A stretch of DNA of 32,000 bases from Alkanindiges illinoisensis DSM 15370 (GTDB lineage: Bacteria > Pseudomonadota > Gammaproteobacteria > Pseudomonadales > Moraxellaceae), in assembly GCF_000619845.1 (NCBI RefSeq), contig NZ_JHUX01000009.1:60001-92000 (forward strand). The letters run 5' to 3'. Under the pieces are notes generated by a model. It searched no databases and had not been told where the DNA came from. It saw nothing but the letters and a program-made list of their open reading frames with translations. The position numbers and the translations under genes were made by a program. Below, one piece after another: positions 7,816 through 16,578 of this stretch. Every line of letters starts with the position of its first letter. The first letter of the stretch is position 1.

Positions 7816-8010
7816 ATGGCGATGATGGAATATACAATTGAGGGAATCACTCACAAGGTTGAATACGACGTATTTGATGATGAACTCATTGTCTATTTGC
7901 CGGATGGTACAACACGTACCACATGGCTTAGAGGTCTCACAATCAAAACTGCAATTAGGCCACACCTGATTTCTTATCTTAATGGCCAAAAAGTAAGGCA
8001 TGAGATGTAA
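7816..8010 (+). CDS. Small hypothetical protein (64 aa), translationally coupled to the previous gene
   Basis: ATG lies 4 nt after the upstream stop, with GGTGA 4 nt upstream. Composition is strand-rich and protein-like. The overlapping - strand ORF 7780-8001 looks like a shadow ORF. Confidence 0.4.
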   Translation: MAMMEYTIEGITHKVEYDVFDDELIVYLPDGTTRTTWLRGLTIKTAIRPHLISYLNGQKVRHEM

Positions 8011-8064
8011 ATCTTAAAACTCATTAAAATGTTAGATAAAAGTAAGCTTGTCGGAGCTATTGTC

Positions 8065-9363
8065 TTAATAAATCCGCCATACATCCTTCCAGCTCGTCAG
8101 GTAACTGGGTGACTTGTTGGCCTGTGTCATTGTCCAGTTCCGGTTTTTAAAGGTGCAGGAGCCAATGGCTATCGTATCCTTGCCAAATTTCTTGTTGATT
8201 TCATCCAGGGTAAAGGTCAGTAGTTTACGTTCATTGATTTGTTCCTGATCAGCTAACAGATCAGGAATAAACCTGGCTTCAGGTACGATATTCAGCAGCA
8301 TCACACCGGCTTTTTTATAACGCTGGCCAGATTTGAAAATTTGCTCTAACCCATACATGGCCGACTTCACTAAAAGCAGCCGGTCATCGGTGGCATGGCT
8401 TAATGTGACAGTGATATAGGGATTATAGTAAGGCTGTTCAAACCGGCTAGTTTTAATAGTGACACCAATGGTTGCACATAACAGTTTTTGGCTTCTTAGG
8501 CGATCAACGGCGCGTAGCATGAATAGGGTAATGGCTTCGCGCAGGTCATCAATTGCTGTCACCGGTGCACCAAATGACCGGCTGGAAATAATCTGCTTTT
8601 TATCCGGCACTACGTCTTCAATGGCCAGGCACGATACGCCTTGAAGCTCTAATACGGTACGCTCAGTCACAATGGAAAAATAGCGCCGGATCATGGTGTG
8701 ATCGGCCATCATCAAGTCCATGACTGATACGATAGACAGGGCATTCAGGCGTTTTTTGATTTGACGGCCGACGCCCCAGACTTCACCCACATCCACAGTT
8801 GATAGCAGGTTTTCCAGCAGGTAGGGGTCAGCGTCCAGAAAATTGCAGACACCCTCAAATAGCGGATTTTTCTTGGCCATGTGGTTGGCCAGTTTTGCCT
8901 GAGTTTTGCTGGAGCCAATCCCGATACAGCAGGGCAGGCCAATCCATTGCTTAATGCGCTGCCGCATTTGTTGCGCGTATTCTGTCAGGTCAAATAAGTG
9001 TTCATAAGCAGTCAGCTCAAGAAAACACTCATCAATCGAGTAGACTTCCTGTTCCTCTGGAGCAACAAACCCACCCAAAATACGCATAAAGCGTTGGGAC
9101 ATCGCGCCATACAAGGCATAGTTACTCGACATGACCACCACACCATGCTGCCGGATTAATGCCCTGATCTCAAAAACGGGTATACCCATTTTAATGCCCA
9201 GGGCTTTGGCTTCTTCGCTGCGGGCAACGACACAGCCGTCATTATTGGACAGGACAACGACCGGACGGCCGTTGAGGGTAGGATCAAACACACGTTCACA
9301 GCTCACATAGCAGTTATTCACGTCCACCAGGGCGAATATGCGGCTATGATCAGTCATGGCCAT
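8065..9363 (-). CDS. umuC: Y-family translesion DNA polymerase subunit UmuC
   Basis: 432 aa. N-terminus [17 protein letters not shown]...[15 protein letters not shown] is diagnostic for UmuC/ImpB. The start lies 1 nt from the umuD stop. Confidence 0.9.
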   Translation of the reverse strand: MAMTDHSRIFALVDVNNCYVSCERVFDPTLNGRPVVVLSNNDGCVVARSEEAKALGIKMGIPVFEIRALIRQHGVVVMSSNYALYGAMSQRFMRILGGFVAPEEQEVYSIDECFLELTAYEHLFDLTEYAQQMRQRIKQWIGLPCCIGIGSSKTQAKLANHMAKKNPLFEGVCNFLDADPYLLENLLSTVDVGEVWGVGRQIKKRLNALSIVSVMDLMMADHTMIRRYFSIVTERTVLELQGVSCLAIEDVVPDKKQIISSRSFGAPVTAIDDLREAITLFMLRAVDRLRSQKLLCATIGVTIKTSRFEQPYYNPYITVTLSHATDDRLLLVKSAMYGLEQIFKSGQRYKKAGVMLLNIVPEARFIPDLLADQEQINERKLLTFTLDEINKKFGKDTIAIGSCTFKNRNWTMTQANKSPSYLTSWKDVWRIY

Positions 9364-9364
9364 C

Positions 9365-10108
9365 TTACCGGTTAATCACTTTCTTGATGTTATAGGTGAC
9401 CACGCCAATAATGACGATGATTTGCCCTGGCTCTGGATAGATATTTTTAAAGTCCGGGTTTTCGGCCTTAAACCAGATCGGCTGCTGGCTGACTTCCCCA
9501 TGAAATTCTTGCAGGGCATCACTTAAGGACTTGCCTGCATTTTCCGGCCGGTCACAGTCATGCAGGCTATCCGGGTTAACCTCATCTGTTTTGGTGTCAT
9601 ATTCACACAGCATTAATCGCTTCATGGTGAACTTATTGTCAATCATGGCAATCACCACGTCCTTATGACGCGCTTCAATACTACGGTCAATCAGGATTTC
9701 ATCGCCCACGTCAAAGCCAGCATCACGCATGGACAAAGAACCTACCCGTCCAACGAAGGTCGCACTTTTGTTGCGGATTAGGTGCTCGTTTAAGTCCAGA
9801 ACATCTTCAATGTGGTCTTCAGCCGGGCTAGGGAAGCCTGCCGGTATTAGTTCCTGGGCAACGGGGATTTGGTAATAGGTTAGTGCCTGCACTGGCCGTA
9901 AAGCCAGCTCAGCATTTAAGTCATGGCTAGGCATGGGAAACGGCACAACAGCAGAGCCGGTATTATCCAGGGTTTGCTTTAGGAAGTTTTTCACTAAGGC
10001 CTTTTTGGACACCGGCACACGAATGACAGTTGTTTCTTCATCATACAGCGGCTTACGGCCTGAATTGGGACGTACACCACCATGCTTTCCAGTTTTAAGA
10101 TCGGTCAT
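9365..10108 (-). CDS. umuD: UmuD-like S24 self-cleaving peptidase with an N-terminal extension and an internal insertion
   Basis: Aligns to E. coli UmuD from [12 protein letters not shown] (cleavage site AG), through GSLSM (Ser nucleophile), to FTMKRL (Lys). The Met at 10108 was chosen over the ORF-track start at 10144; neither has a good RBS. Confidence 0.8.
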   Translation of the reverse strand: MTDLKTGKHGGVRPNSGRKPLYDEETTVIRVPVSKKALVKNFLKQTLDNTGSAVVPFPMPSHDLNAELALRPVQALTYYQIPVAQELIPAGFPSPAEDHIEDVLDLNEHLIRNKSATFVGRVGSLSMRDAGFDVGDEILIDRSIEARHKDVVIAMIDNKFTMKRLMLCEYDTKTDEVNPDSLHDCDRPENAGKSLSDALQEFHGEVSQQPIWFKAENPDFKNIYPEPGQIIVIIGVVTYNIKKVINR

Positions 10109-10310
10109 ATTATCTTTGGTTTTGTAACTAAACCAAAATAGCATACGCGATCATTGTTTTTAAAAGCAAATTAGAAATGTTGATATATGCGTTATATGAA
10201 TTGCTAATTGTTTAATGCTCTAAAGTCTAAAGCATCCGAAAATCTAAAAATTTATAGCAATGCCAGAAAGGAGCCAAGAAAGATTTCAATCATTATAAAT
10301 ATTCTACACC

Positions 10311-10619
10311 TTATTTTTTTGCTCTCAACTTTTGGATAAATAAATGAAAAACCAAAATTAAACCAAACCAGAATAAATAGTCTAAAAGGAAATAGTTCAG
10401 AAGAAATTCATCTGTATCCCAGAAAATAAATAAAATACTTATTTTATTACCCGGTGATGTGAAATCTCCATCAATTAAAAATACAAAAGGGAATCCGCCT
10501 ACAATTCTCTGTACTTCCCCAACTCTATCTACCACTATACGTTTAACAGGAATGTATCTCTCATAAAAGGCTTTGTTGCACAATAGCCTGATTAAGCTGA
10601 ATAGCATAATTGGGACCAT
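10311..10619 (-). CDS. Doubtful hypothetical ORF in an AT-rich junction region
   Basis: 102-aa ORF with a hydrophobic C-terminus. It overlaps the end of the truncated OMF reading frame and resembles no family. It may be a gene fragment. Confidence 0.2.
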   Translation of the reverse strand: MVPIMLFSLIRLLCNKAFYERYIPVKRIVVDRVGEVQRIVGGFPFVFLIDGDFTSPGNKISILFIFWDTDEFLLNYFLLDYLFWFGLILVFHLFIQKLRAKK

Positions 10620-10857
10620 CCAGGTCTTTTAGGCTGGCGTTGCCCAGATTATCTGCCTGTATGGCGATTTCCGGGTTAGCTAAACGGCCACTTTGTTGGA
10701 CTCTGAGATTATCAGTTTCATTTTGACGAATGAGGTACTGTAATTGTGGGTCTAATTGATACGCCTGCTGCTGGAGTTGCTGCAGAGACAGCTGAGCATA
10801 GGTAGGCAAAGGCGAAATTAGCCCAATCAGCATTAATGCTGTTGGTAGGGTGCGCAT
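10561..10857 (-). pseudogene. N-terminal remnant of a TolC-family outer-membrane efflux protein (CzcC/CusC-like)
   Basis: Signal peptide MRTLPTALMLIGLISPLPTYA, then LSLQQLQQQAYQLDPQLQ...NPEIAIQADN...YAIQLNQ, typical of an OMF N-terminus. The frame ends after about 98 aa where ELGGKR-type sequence is expected. AGGA lies 7 nt upstream of the ATG at 10857. Confidence 0.6.
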
Positions 10858-10939
10858 AATGATTCCTAAAGAGTAAAGCAAAAATCTCTAGTCATGACAA
10901 AAGTCATAACTGGTTTAGATGCTTAAACTTCAGGAATGC

Positions 10940-11413
10940 TCAATGACGAAGTACAACTGTGCGGGTCAGTATGGTTATTGTGTTTCTTACTGGTGTATCA
11001 AAAATGGGTAAGATGCCAATACACTTGGGGATAATATCTCGAAGTAAGATAAAAAAAACCCAGAGAAGTATTAGAGCAGACATTACTGTGATCATTTCAA
11101 ACTGCAATGCTACTTTTAGCATATATTTGATGAAATCATCGCTGGGCAGTTTTAAAAGATGATCAGGGGTTTCATGCAAGATAGTCGCATGATGAGCATC
11201 ATGGTTAACTGACTTTTGACTATGCACATCATCTGTAGTGTGATGCACTATCCATGAGACGACATTGCCAGAATCTTGCCCCGTTGCCTGATGAGCTTGA
11301 TCAAAATTTAAAATGATAACGGGCAACCAGGACAAAACACCCATAGCCACCAAAAGATAGGCAGCTATGATTAGCTTTAATAAGCTTTTGGCGTATTTTC
11401 GGAGAGGCTGCAT
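10940..11413 (-). CDS. His-rich membrane protein of unknown function
   Basis: 157 aa. N-terminal and C-terminal hydrophobic segments flank HHTTDDVHSQKSVNHDAHHATILHETPDH. A metal-related role is inferred from context only. Confidence 0.5.
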   Translation of the reverse strand: MQPLRKYAKSLLKLIIAAYLLVAMGVLSWLPVIILNFDQAHQATGQDSGNVVSWIVHHTTDDVHSQKSVNHDAHHATILHETPDHLLKLPSDDFIKYMLKVALQFEMITVMSALILLWVFFILLRDIIPKCIGILPIFDTPVRNTITILTRTVVLRH

Positions 11414-11602
11414 ATCAAATTGATGAGTAAGAAAGCTCGTGGTGTAATTTAGCCTAATATCATAACGAAGGGAACAGTTCTTAATTATAAATACTGAGAT
11501 AGTCTGAACTAAAGGCGAGCCAGCTTAGCGATCAGCTGAGCCTGCATGAATTAAATTATACACTCTACCATTGAAATTCATTACTGGGCTTAAGCGTACG
11601 TT

Positions 11603-11640
11603 AAAAAGCCGACTCTCGTAGCGTAAAGAGTCGGCTTTTT
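11603..11640. terminator. Bidirectional rho-independent terminator after the DUF4396-MCO gene
   Basis: AAAAAGCCGACTCT-(10-nt loop)-AGAGTCGGCTTTTT, with a 9-bp GC-rich stem at 11608-11616/11627-11635. Confidence 0.75.
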
Positions 11641-11694
11641 AGATGCTTAACCGTTCAGAACAGAGAGAAATATTTTAGCTCTGAAATATGAGTG

Positions 11695-13698
11695 TTAAGT
11701 CGTGGGGTCACCTTCTACTTCAATATGCATCATCAAACCACCGCCACCATCATGTTCAACATTATTGTTGGTAGTATGATGCAGAATATGGCAATGGATC
11801 ATCCATTTACCTGGTTTAAGTGCTGTCCAGATGACATCATAGCGCTGACCAGGACCTACATTAATGGTATCCGCTTTGAAACGGGCAGAGGGAGGAAGGG
11901 TCTCGCCATCACGTGCCACCACCACAAACGGGCCACCGTGGATGTGCATAGGATGGATAAAACCACTACTAGAGCCAATAAAGCGGACTTTAAGGGTTTC
12001 ACCTACTTTCATTTTGATGGTATCTGTTGAGGGATAAGCACGACCATTGATAGTAAAGTAATTGGGCATGCCTCCTTCCATTGGCATAGCTGGGTAAGTT
12101 AAACCATCACGCACCAGCCACTCCTGGAGTTGCAGGGTATACTCATGGTCTGCTGGAATTGTATCAGCCGGATTTGCCGGGTCAATGATTAATGCGCCAT
12201 ATAATCCTAAGGTTTGCTGCCGGTCGACATGGTCGTGCGAGTGATAAAAATAAGTGCCAGACTGTACCGCAGTAAACTCATAGCGATAAATATCCCCGTT
12301 CTTGATGGGTTCCTGGGTGACGTGAGCCGCACCATCCATCACGTTGGGCAGGACCAAGCCATGCCAGTGTACAGTGGTGGTTTCGGGCAGGCGATTTGTC
12401 ACATTAATCCGGACACGGTCGCCCTGACGAAAGCGTAGGGTTGGTCCTGGCACCTGGCCATTAAAGGCATAAGCATTTACAAATGTTTTAGGAAGAATCT
12501 GCCAGCGGATGACCGAAGTATCCAGATCAAATACCTTAACGCCATTCTCCAGACGCGGCTCCAGAATATGCGCACCGCGCTGACTTAAATCGTATTTTGC
12601 CGACACATCCCGCGGATCGACCGCTGCCATATCCCGCATGGCTTCAGCTGAGGTTTCCTGCGTCATTATCATGCCAGGTGGCATGATAATCCCACCGACT
12701 TCTTCTGCTGATAGCCGTAAATTAAAGAATGCTGCTGGTAAAGTCATACCAGCGGCCAGAAGAAAAAGGCTAAAAAATGTAACGGCAGTAAGCTGCGCCC
12801 GAGTGACCGAAGGTGCGCCATGACCTGTATGATGCTCTCCGTGTTGTCCAGCATGTTGACTGTTAGTATGTGAGTGCGCTGGCGCCTTACCATCCTTAGC
12901 TTGGGAGCTAGTATGATCACTAGGTTGCTCTGCTAAATCATGGTTCATTTGCGCCATATCACCATGTCCATGGCTTCCCTGATGCGAAGCATGAGATGAA
13001 GAATGGTTATGTTCTCCGCTATCTGAAGAATCTGGACGAACCGTCATAAGGCCATGCTTCATGCCGCGTGAAACCATCCAGACATTCACTGGATAGGCCA
13101 GCGCGAAACCAGCGATGATACCAATGGACATAACCACCCAGAACAGTGGCTCTCCAGGCCACATGGCACGCATGTCGCGCCCCATCATTAAATAAACCAT
13201 GACTGGTGCCATACCGGCCATCATGCAGTTCATAGAAATTAGCTCTGGGAGGAAGCTACGCTTTACGTTTTCAAGATAACTGCCGCCCATCATTTTGCGC
13301 ATAAACAGCGCCTGAAAAATAAGTAGGCCGAACAAGAAACCGGCAGTATACTCAACGATCAGGTCGACCCACATCGATAGGCCAAGCATTGCGGTGATAA
13401 CTGCTGCGACGATAATTCCCGTAGCATCACCTGCAACACAATGCACGGTGGAGCCAACACCCTGTTTCCATAATGGTTTTACAAATTCTTCATGGGTGCC
13501 AGGTGCAGGTTCTTTGTCTGCCATCACATATAACAGCAAGCCAATTGGACCCATGTATAAGGTCACCAGCACAAAACCCCATTTCATTACGGCAGGCTCA
13601 GGATTGCCTCTGAATTGATCCCAGGCAACATAGGCTGCTGAAAGCACGGCGATAACTAGCCAGGCGTAGACAAAAATATCAATGGGTTGAATTAACAT
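11695..13698 (-). CDS. DUF4396 membrane domain fused to a two-domain multicopper oxidase
   Basis: 667 aa. The N-terminal ~215 aa are polytopic and contain GSTVHCVAGDATGII (DUF4396-like HC-x-AG-D). A His-rich linker follows (GEHNHSSSHASHQGSHGHGD...HGEHHTGHG), then one TM segment, then ~330 aa with HWHG, YHSHDH, HPMHIHG and HCHILHH copper-ligand motifs. Confidence 0.8.
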   Translation of the reverse strand: MLIQPIDIFVYAWLVIAVLSAAYVAWDQFRGNPEPAVMKWGFVLVTLYMGPIGLLLYVMADKEPAPGTHEEFVKPLWKQGVGSTVHCVAGDATGIIVAAVITAMLGLSMWVDLIVEYTAGFLFGLLIFQALFMRKMMGGSYLENVKRSFLPELISMNCMMAGMAPVMVYLMMGRDMRAMWPGEPLFWVVMSIGIIAGFALAYPVNVWMVSRGMKHGLMTVRPDSSDSGEHNHSSSHASHQGSHGHGDMAQMNHDLAEQPSDHTSSQAKDGKAPAHSHTNSQHAGQHGEHHTGHGAPSVTRAQLTAVTFFSLFLLAAGMTLPAAFFNLRLSAEEVGGIIMPPGMIMTQETSAEAMRDMAAVDPRDVSAKYDLSQRGAHILEPRLENGVKVFDLDTSVIRWQILPKTFVNAYAFNGQVPGPTLRFRQGDRVRINVTNRLPETTTVHWHGLVLPNVMDGAAHVTQEPIKNGDIYRYEFTAVQSGTYFYHSHDHVDRQQTLGLYGALIIDPANPADTIPADHEYTLQLQEWLVRDGLTYPAMPMEGGMPNYFTINGRAYPSTDTIKMKVGETLKVRFIGSSSGFIHPMHIHGGPFVVVARDGETLPPSARFKADTINVGPGQRYDVIWTALKPGKWMIHCHILHHTTNNNVEHDGGGGLMMHIEVEGDPTT

Positions 13699-13779
13699 TA
13701 GATTATTCCTTGTTTTCGTTTTAGCTTAAAACTTGTATCCCTTCAAAGTCGCTCCATAGAAGGTATTGCGTTTCAGAAG

Positions 13780-14064
13780 CTACCTTAAAGGTATTAAACT
13801 AGGTTTCGGTATTGAATAAATAATAGATTCCTGTGGTTTAGTATTGGGATTATCGTTTTGTAGATCATGATGATGGTCATGAGTTTTCTGCGCTTTCTCC
13901 TGAGCGGATGTCGCTGAATCATGATCGGATACCAGTTCCATTTCATCATCTGACATGGCCTGCATATCTTGGGCTAAGAGTTTTTGCTCAGCCCAAACAG
14001 GTGCGTTAAGAAAAATCAATAAAACAAGTCCTTTTGTTAAATTATTCATATTTTGACCTTTCAT
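13780..14064 (-). CDS. Small secreted acidic/His-rich protein
   Basis: 94 aa with a signal peptide (LVLLIFLNAPVWA) and KTHDHHHD. Its start overlaps the copD stop by 4 nt (ATGA coupling). Confidence 0.5.
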   Translation of the reverse strand: MKGQNMNNLTKGLVLLIFLNAPVWAEQKLLAQDMQAMSDDEMELVSDHDSATSAQEKAQKTHDHHHDLQNDNPNTKPQESIIYSIPKPSLIPLR

Positions 14065-14942
14065 TCGATTCCGATGACTGAGGTAATGTAGCCAGTCACT
14101 AGTAAAATAGATAAGCCCAGCATCATTTCAAACAAAATGGCATAGCTAAGGTGTCTAGCAAATTGTGAATATTGTAGGCGCGGGGTGAAGTACCATTTGT
14201 TGAATGCGGCAAGTAAGAGGATCGAACTAACCAGGATGAGCTTAATGATAAAGCCATGGCCGTACGGAGTAGTGAGAAGCGTATTCCAGTCTTTCAATAA
14301 CAGGTAGGCGACGGTAGCGCCGCACACTACCAATATAGCAACAATAAAAGCAGCAATTTTCCCAAACAGATGCATACTGTCTTTTAGAGTAATTCCCTGA
14401 ATACGGCGGCTGAGTTGCCACAAGGGAAATAGTGCGCCCATCCATAAAGACATAGCGCCAACATGCAGGATAATCAGGCCTTGGGCGAAAATGGAAAGAT
14501 TAGTCACATGTCCCATTTGGGAAAATGTGAAGAGCAGGGTGAGGAAACAGATTGCTAGTGCTACCCCTAAAATACATGAAGGCTTTGCTGGCTGTTTATA
14601 GTATTTCCAGGTCAGTAAGGCGATAATTGCTATAAAGCATAAGACCCGTAAGATCTGAACCGTTCCGACAGAGGTATGTAGAAGAATATTAAAAAACGTA
14701 GCATCAAATATGCCAAGCCAGCCCGAGTTGGCAAAACTACCTACCTGAATTAGAAAGCCTAAAATACTGGAGAGAATGCCGATCGTTGCTCCACCAAGCA
14801 TATATTTAATAAGAGTTTTATTTAATATCTGATATTTGGAAAGCAATAAATAAGAGAAAGCACCGCCTATGCTGATCGCTGTGGCAAGATAGAACATCAC
14901 TTTTGCAATCCAGCCAGCCCATAACCAGTACTCAGCGACCAT
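14061..14942 (-). CDS. copD: Copper resistance inner-membrane protein CopD
   Basis: 293 aa, about 8 hydrophobic segments, directly downstream of copC. The assignment rests on this classic copCD arrangement. Confidence 0.75.
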   Translation of the reverse strand: MVAEYWLWAGWIAKVMFYLATAISIGGAFSYLLLSKYQILNKTLIKYMLGGATIGILSSILGFLIQVGSFANSGWLGIFDATFFNILLHTSVGTVQILRVLCFIAIIALLTWKYYKQPAKPSCILGVALAICFLTLLFTFSQMGHVTNLSIFAQGLIILHVGAMSLWMGALFPLWQLSRRIQGITLKDSMHLFGKIAAFIVAILVVCGATVAYLLLKDWNTLLTTPYGHGFIIKLILVSSILLLAAFNKWYFTPRLQYSQFARHLSYAILFEMMLGLSILLVTGYITSVIGIE

Positions 14943-15006
14943 ACTTAGTTCTCATCCTAATGATTGAATCGGTGCCAACATCAGATGACACCTAATTGCC
15001 TTGATT

Positions 15007-15387
15007 TTATTGCGCTTGTTTTAAAGTGAAATTGTATTTGCCACTCATGTTGTGTCCGTCTTTACCCATCGTTGTCCAGATCACGGTATAGGTAGAATCT
15101 GGGAGGGCAGGTAGCGCCACGGTATGAGCCATTTGAAGGTCTGATGTGACTTTATAATTTAGATCAATATTTTTCTGTTGAGTGTCAACCAGTTTAATAT
15201 TCATCAGCATGACTGGTTCACCAAAATTAAGTAACAGTTTGGTCGGCTGTGTACTAACCGTAGCATTAATAGCGGGAGATGCACTTTGTAGCGTGGTGTG
15301 TGCAAAAGCACTGGTGGCTGCGACGGCAACTGCTGAAGCCAGGACGATGCTGCGTAGTGAAGTACTAAAGTGTTGACGTAAATTCAT
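15007..15387 (-). CDS. copC: Periplasmic copper-binding protein CopC
   Basis: 126 aa. A signal peptide ends AFA-HTTLQSASPA (N-terminal His of the mature protein). STYTVIWTTMGKDGHNMSGKYNFT matches the CopC C-terminal motif. Confidence 0.85.
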   Translation of the reverse strand: MNLRQHFSTSLRSIVLASAVAVAATSAFAHTTLQSASPAINATVSTQPTKLLLNFGEPVMLMNIKLVDTQQKNIDLNYKVTSDLQMAHTVALPALPDSTYTVIWTTMGKDGHNMSGKYNFTLKQAQ

Positions 15388-15517
15388 GAAACTATCCTGC
15401 CGCTCAAAAAATAAAGACTATTTGTATTGGAAAGACCAGTCCTAAAAAAAGATTGCATCTCGCCAATTCCTGAACTTTAGTATGTAAAGCAGAGCACGAC
15501 GACTGAATGACTAAAAA

Positions 15518-15533
15518 ATTACATTCTTGTCAT
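15518..15533. promoter_or_regulatory. CopR/CusR-type box 1 (ATTACA-N4-TGTCAT)
   Basis: ATTACATTCTTGTCAT lies 130 bp upstream of copC. It shares all 12 fixed positions with the boxes at 16563 and 18817 and resembles published cop/cus boxes (TGACAA-nn-TTGTCAT type). Confidence 0.6.
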
Positions 15534-15849
15534 TTTTAATATGTCCTAAATATTAAGATTGGACGTTTAGAGGTCTGTCATTAGGCGAACTATCGACAAG
15601 AACTTTCTCATAATTTATTTAATTTTAGGGCTATACCCAATCCTTTGGTAAAGCCGAATTAGAGCTAAATTACAGTTGGCTAGTCTTATAAAAAATATTT
15701 TTACATTATTTGGGACTAAAATTTAAATTAAAATATTGGTAAATTTAATAAATTTTACGCTTAGTAACTTAATACATATTCTGTATTCGGGTTTTTTTAT
15801 TTAGCTTATTCGATATATCAATTTTGATGTTTAAATTTGGAGAGTATAA

Positions 15850-16179
15850 ATGAATAGTATTAACCTTTCAGAATGTGCGAAAGCCTGTGTGTTATGTTCC
15901 TTAACCTGCACTTCATGTGCACATTTGTGCCTGGATGAGGATTCAGTTGAAATGATGCGTGAATGTATCAAGCGATGCTTGGATTGCGCTGATATCTGCG
16001 ACTTATGTGCGCACGCCCAACAAAGAAATTCACCTTTTACCAAGGAAATATGTGAATTATGCGCTAAAATGTGCGATTACTGCGCGGAAGAGTGTAGTAA
16101 GCATGAGGTCGAACACTGCCAGCAATGCGCAGAAGCTTGCCGTAAATGTGCTGCCGAATGCCGTAAAATGGCCGCTTAA
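15850..16179 (+). CDS. Cys-rich four-helix-bundle copper-binding protein (DUF326, Csp3/YhjQ-like)
   Basis: 109 aa with about 19 Cys in repeating C-x3-C patterns and no signal peptide. The C-terminal half SPFTKEICELCAKMCDYCAEECSKHEVEHCQQCAEACRKCAAECRKMAA closely parallels B. subtilis YhjQ as I recall it. GGAGAG lies 8 nt upstream. Confidence 0.8.
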   Translation: MNSINLSECAKACVLCSLTCTSCAHLCLDEDSVEMMRECIKRCLDCADICDLCAHAQQRNSPFTKEICELCAKMCDYCAEECSKHEVEHCQQCAEACRKCAAECRKMAA

Positions 16180-16200
16180 GACTGGTGCTTTTATATAAAG

Positions 16201-16225
16201 AGGATGCTTTCAAAGAAAGCATCCT
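16201..16225 (+). terminator. Hairpin terminator after the Cys-rich gene
   Basis: AGGATGCTTTC-AAA-GAAAGCATCCT, an 11-bp perfect stem, followed by a weak T-rich tract. Confidence 0.55.
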
Positions 16226-16562
16226 TTGGTTCTCTTATAGATAAATAAAAATTCAAAGATTTTCGACGAGACGTGATTGTAGGTATTATTGGTATTTTTT
16301 GCTAAAATAGAGATAAGGTGCGAAAAATAAATAAAAAACATATTTTTATTTAAATCCTCTCCTTTAAATTACTTAAAATAAAGTCTGATTTTTGAGTATT
16401 AAATTAAAATATATTTAAGTAGTAATCTTTCGTATTTAAAATATTGGATATTTATCTCCAAGAAATTATATTTTTAAAACCTGTAATTGCCCTATCATTA
16501 AAATGAAAATTATATTTTAACCGAATTATATTAGACCTAAGTAACGCAGGAGTGACCGTAAA

Positions 16563-16578
16563 ATTACATTTATGTCAT
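16563..16578. promoter_or_regulatory. CopR/CusR-type box 2, orphan
   Basis: ATTACATTTATGTCAT lies in a 480-bp AT-rich non-coding spacer between two convergent genes. Confidence 0.45.

Noticed and set aside
10914-10926. The 13-mer TTTAGATGCTTAA occurs at 10914-10926 and 11638-11650, each next to a hairpin downstream of a - strand gene. The 10885-10907 hairpin (ATGAC-TTTT-GTCAT) also vaguely resembles a cus box.
   Set aside because: Exact 13-mers are expected to recur by chance several times among all position pairs and both strands in 32 kb of AT-rich DNA. The half-site spacing differs from the three good cop boxes. It is probably just two similar terminators.
16210-16341. 43-aa - strand ORF (MFFIYFSHLISILAKNTNNTYNHVSSKIFEFLFIYKRTKGCFL) downstream of the orphan cop box.
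   Set aside because: The Shine-Dalgarno-like AGGAGAGG is ~14 nt from the ATG. The composition simply mirrors AT-rich DNA, and the ORF ends inside the neighbouring terminator. Evidence is insufficient to call a gene.
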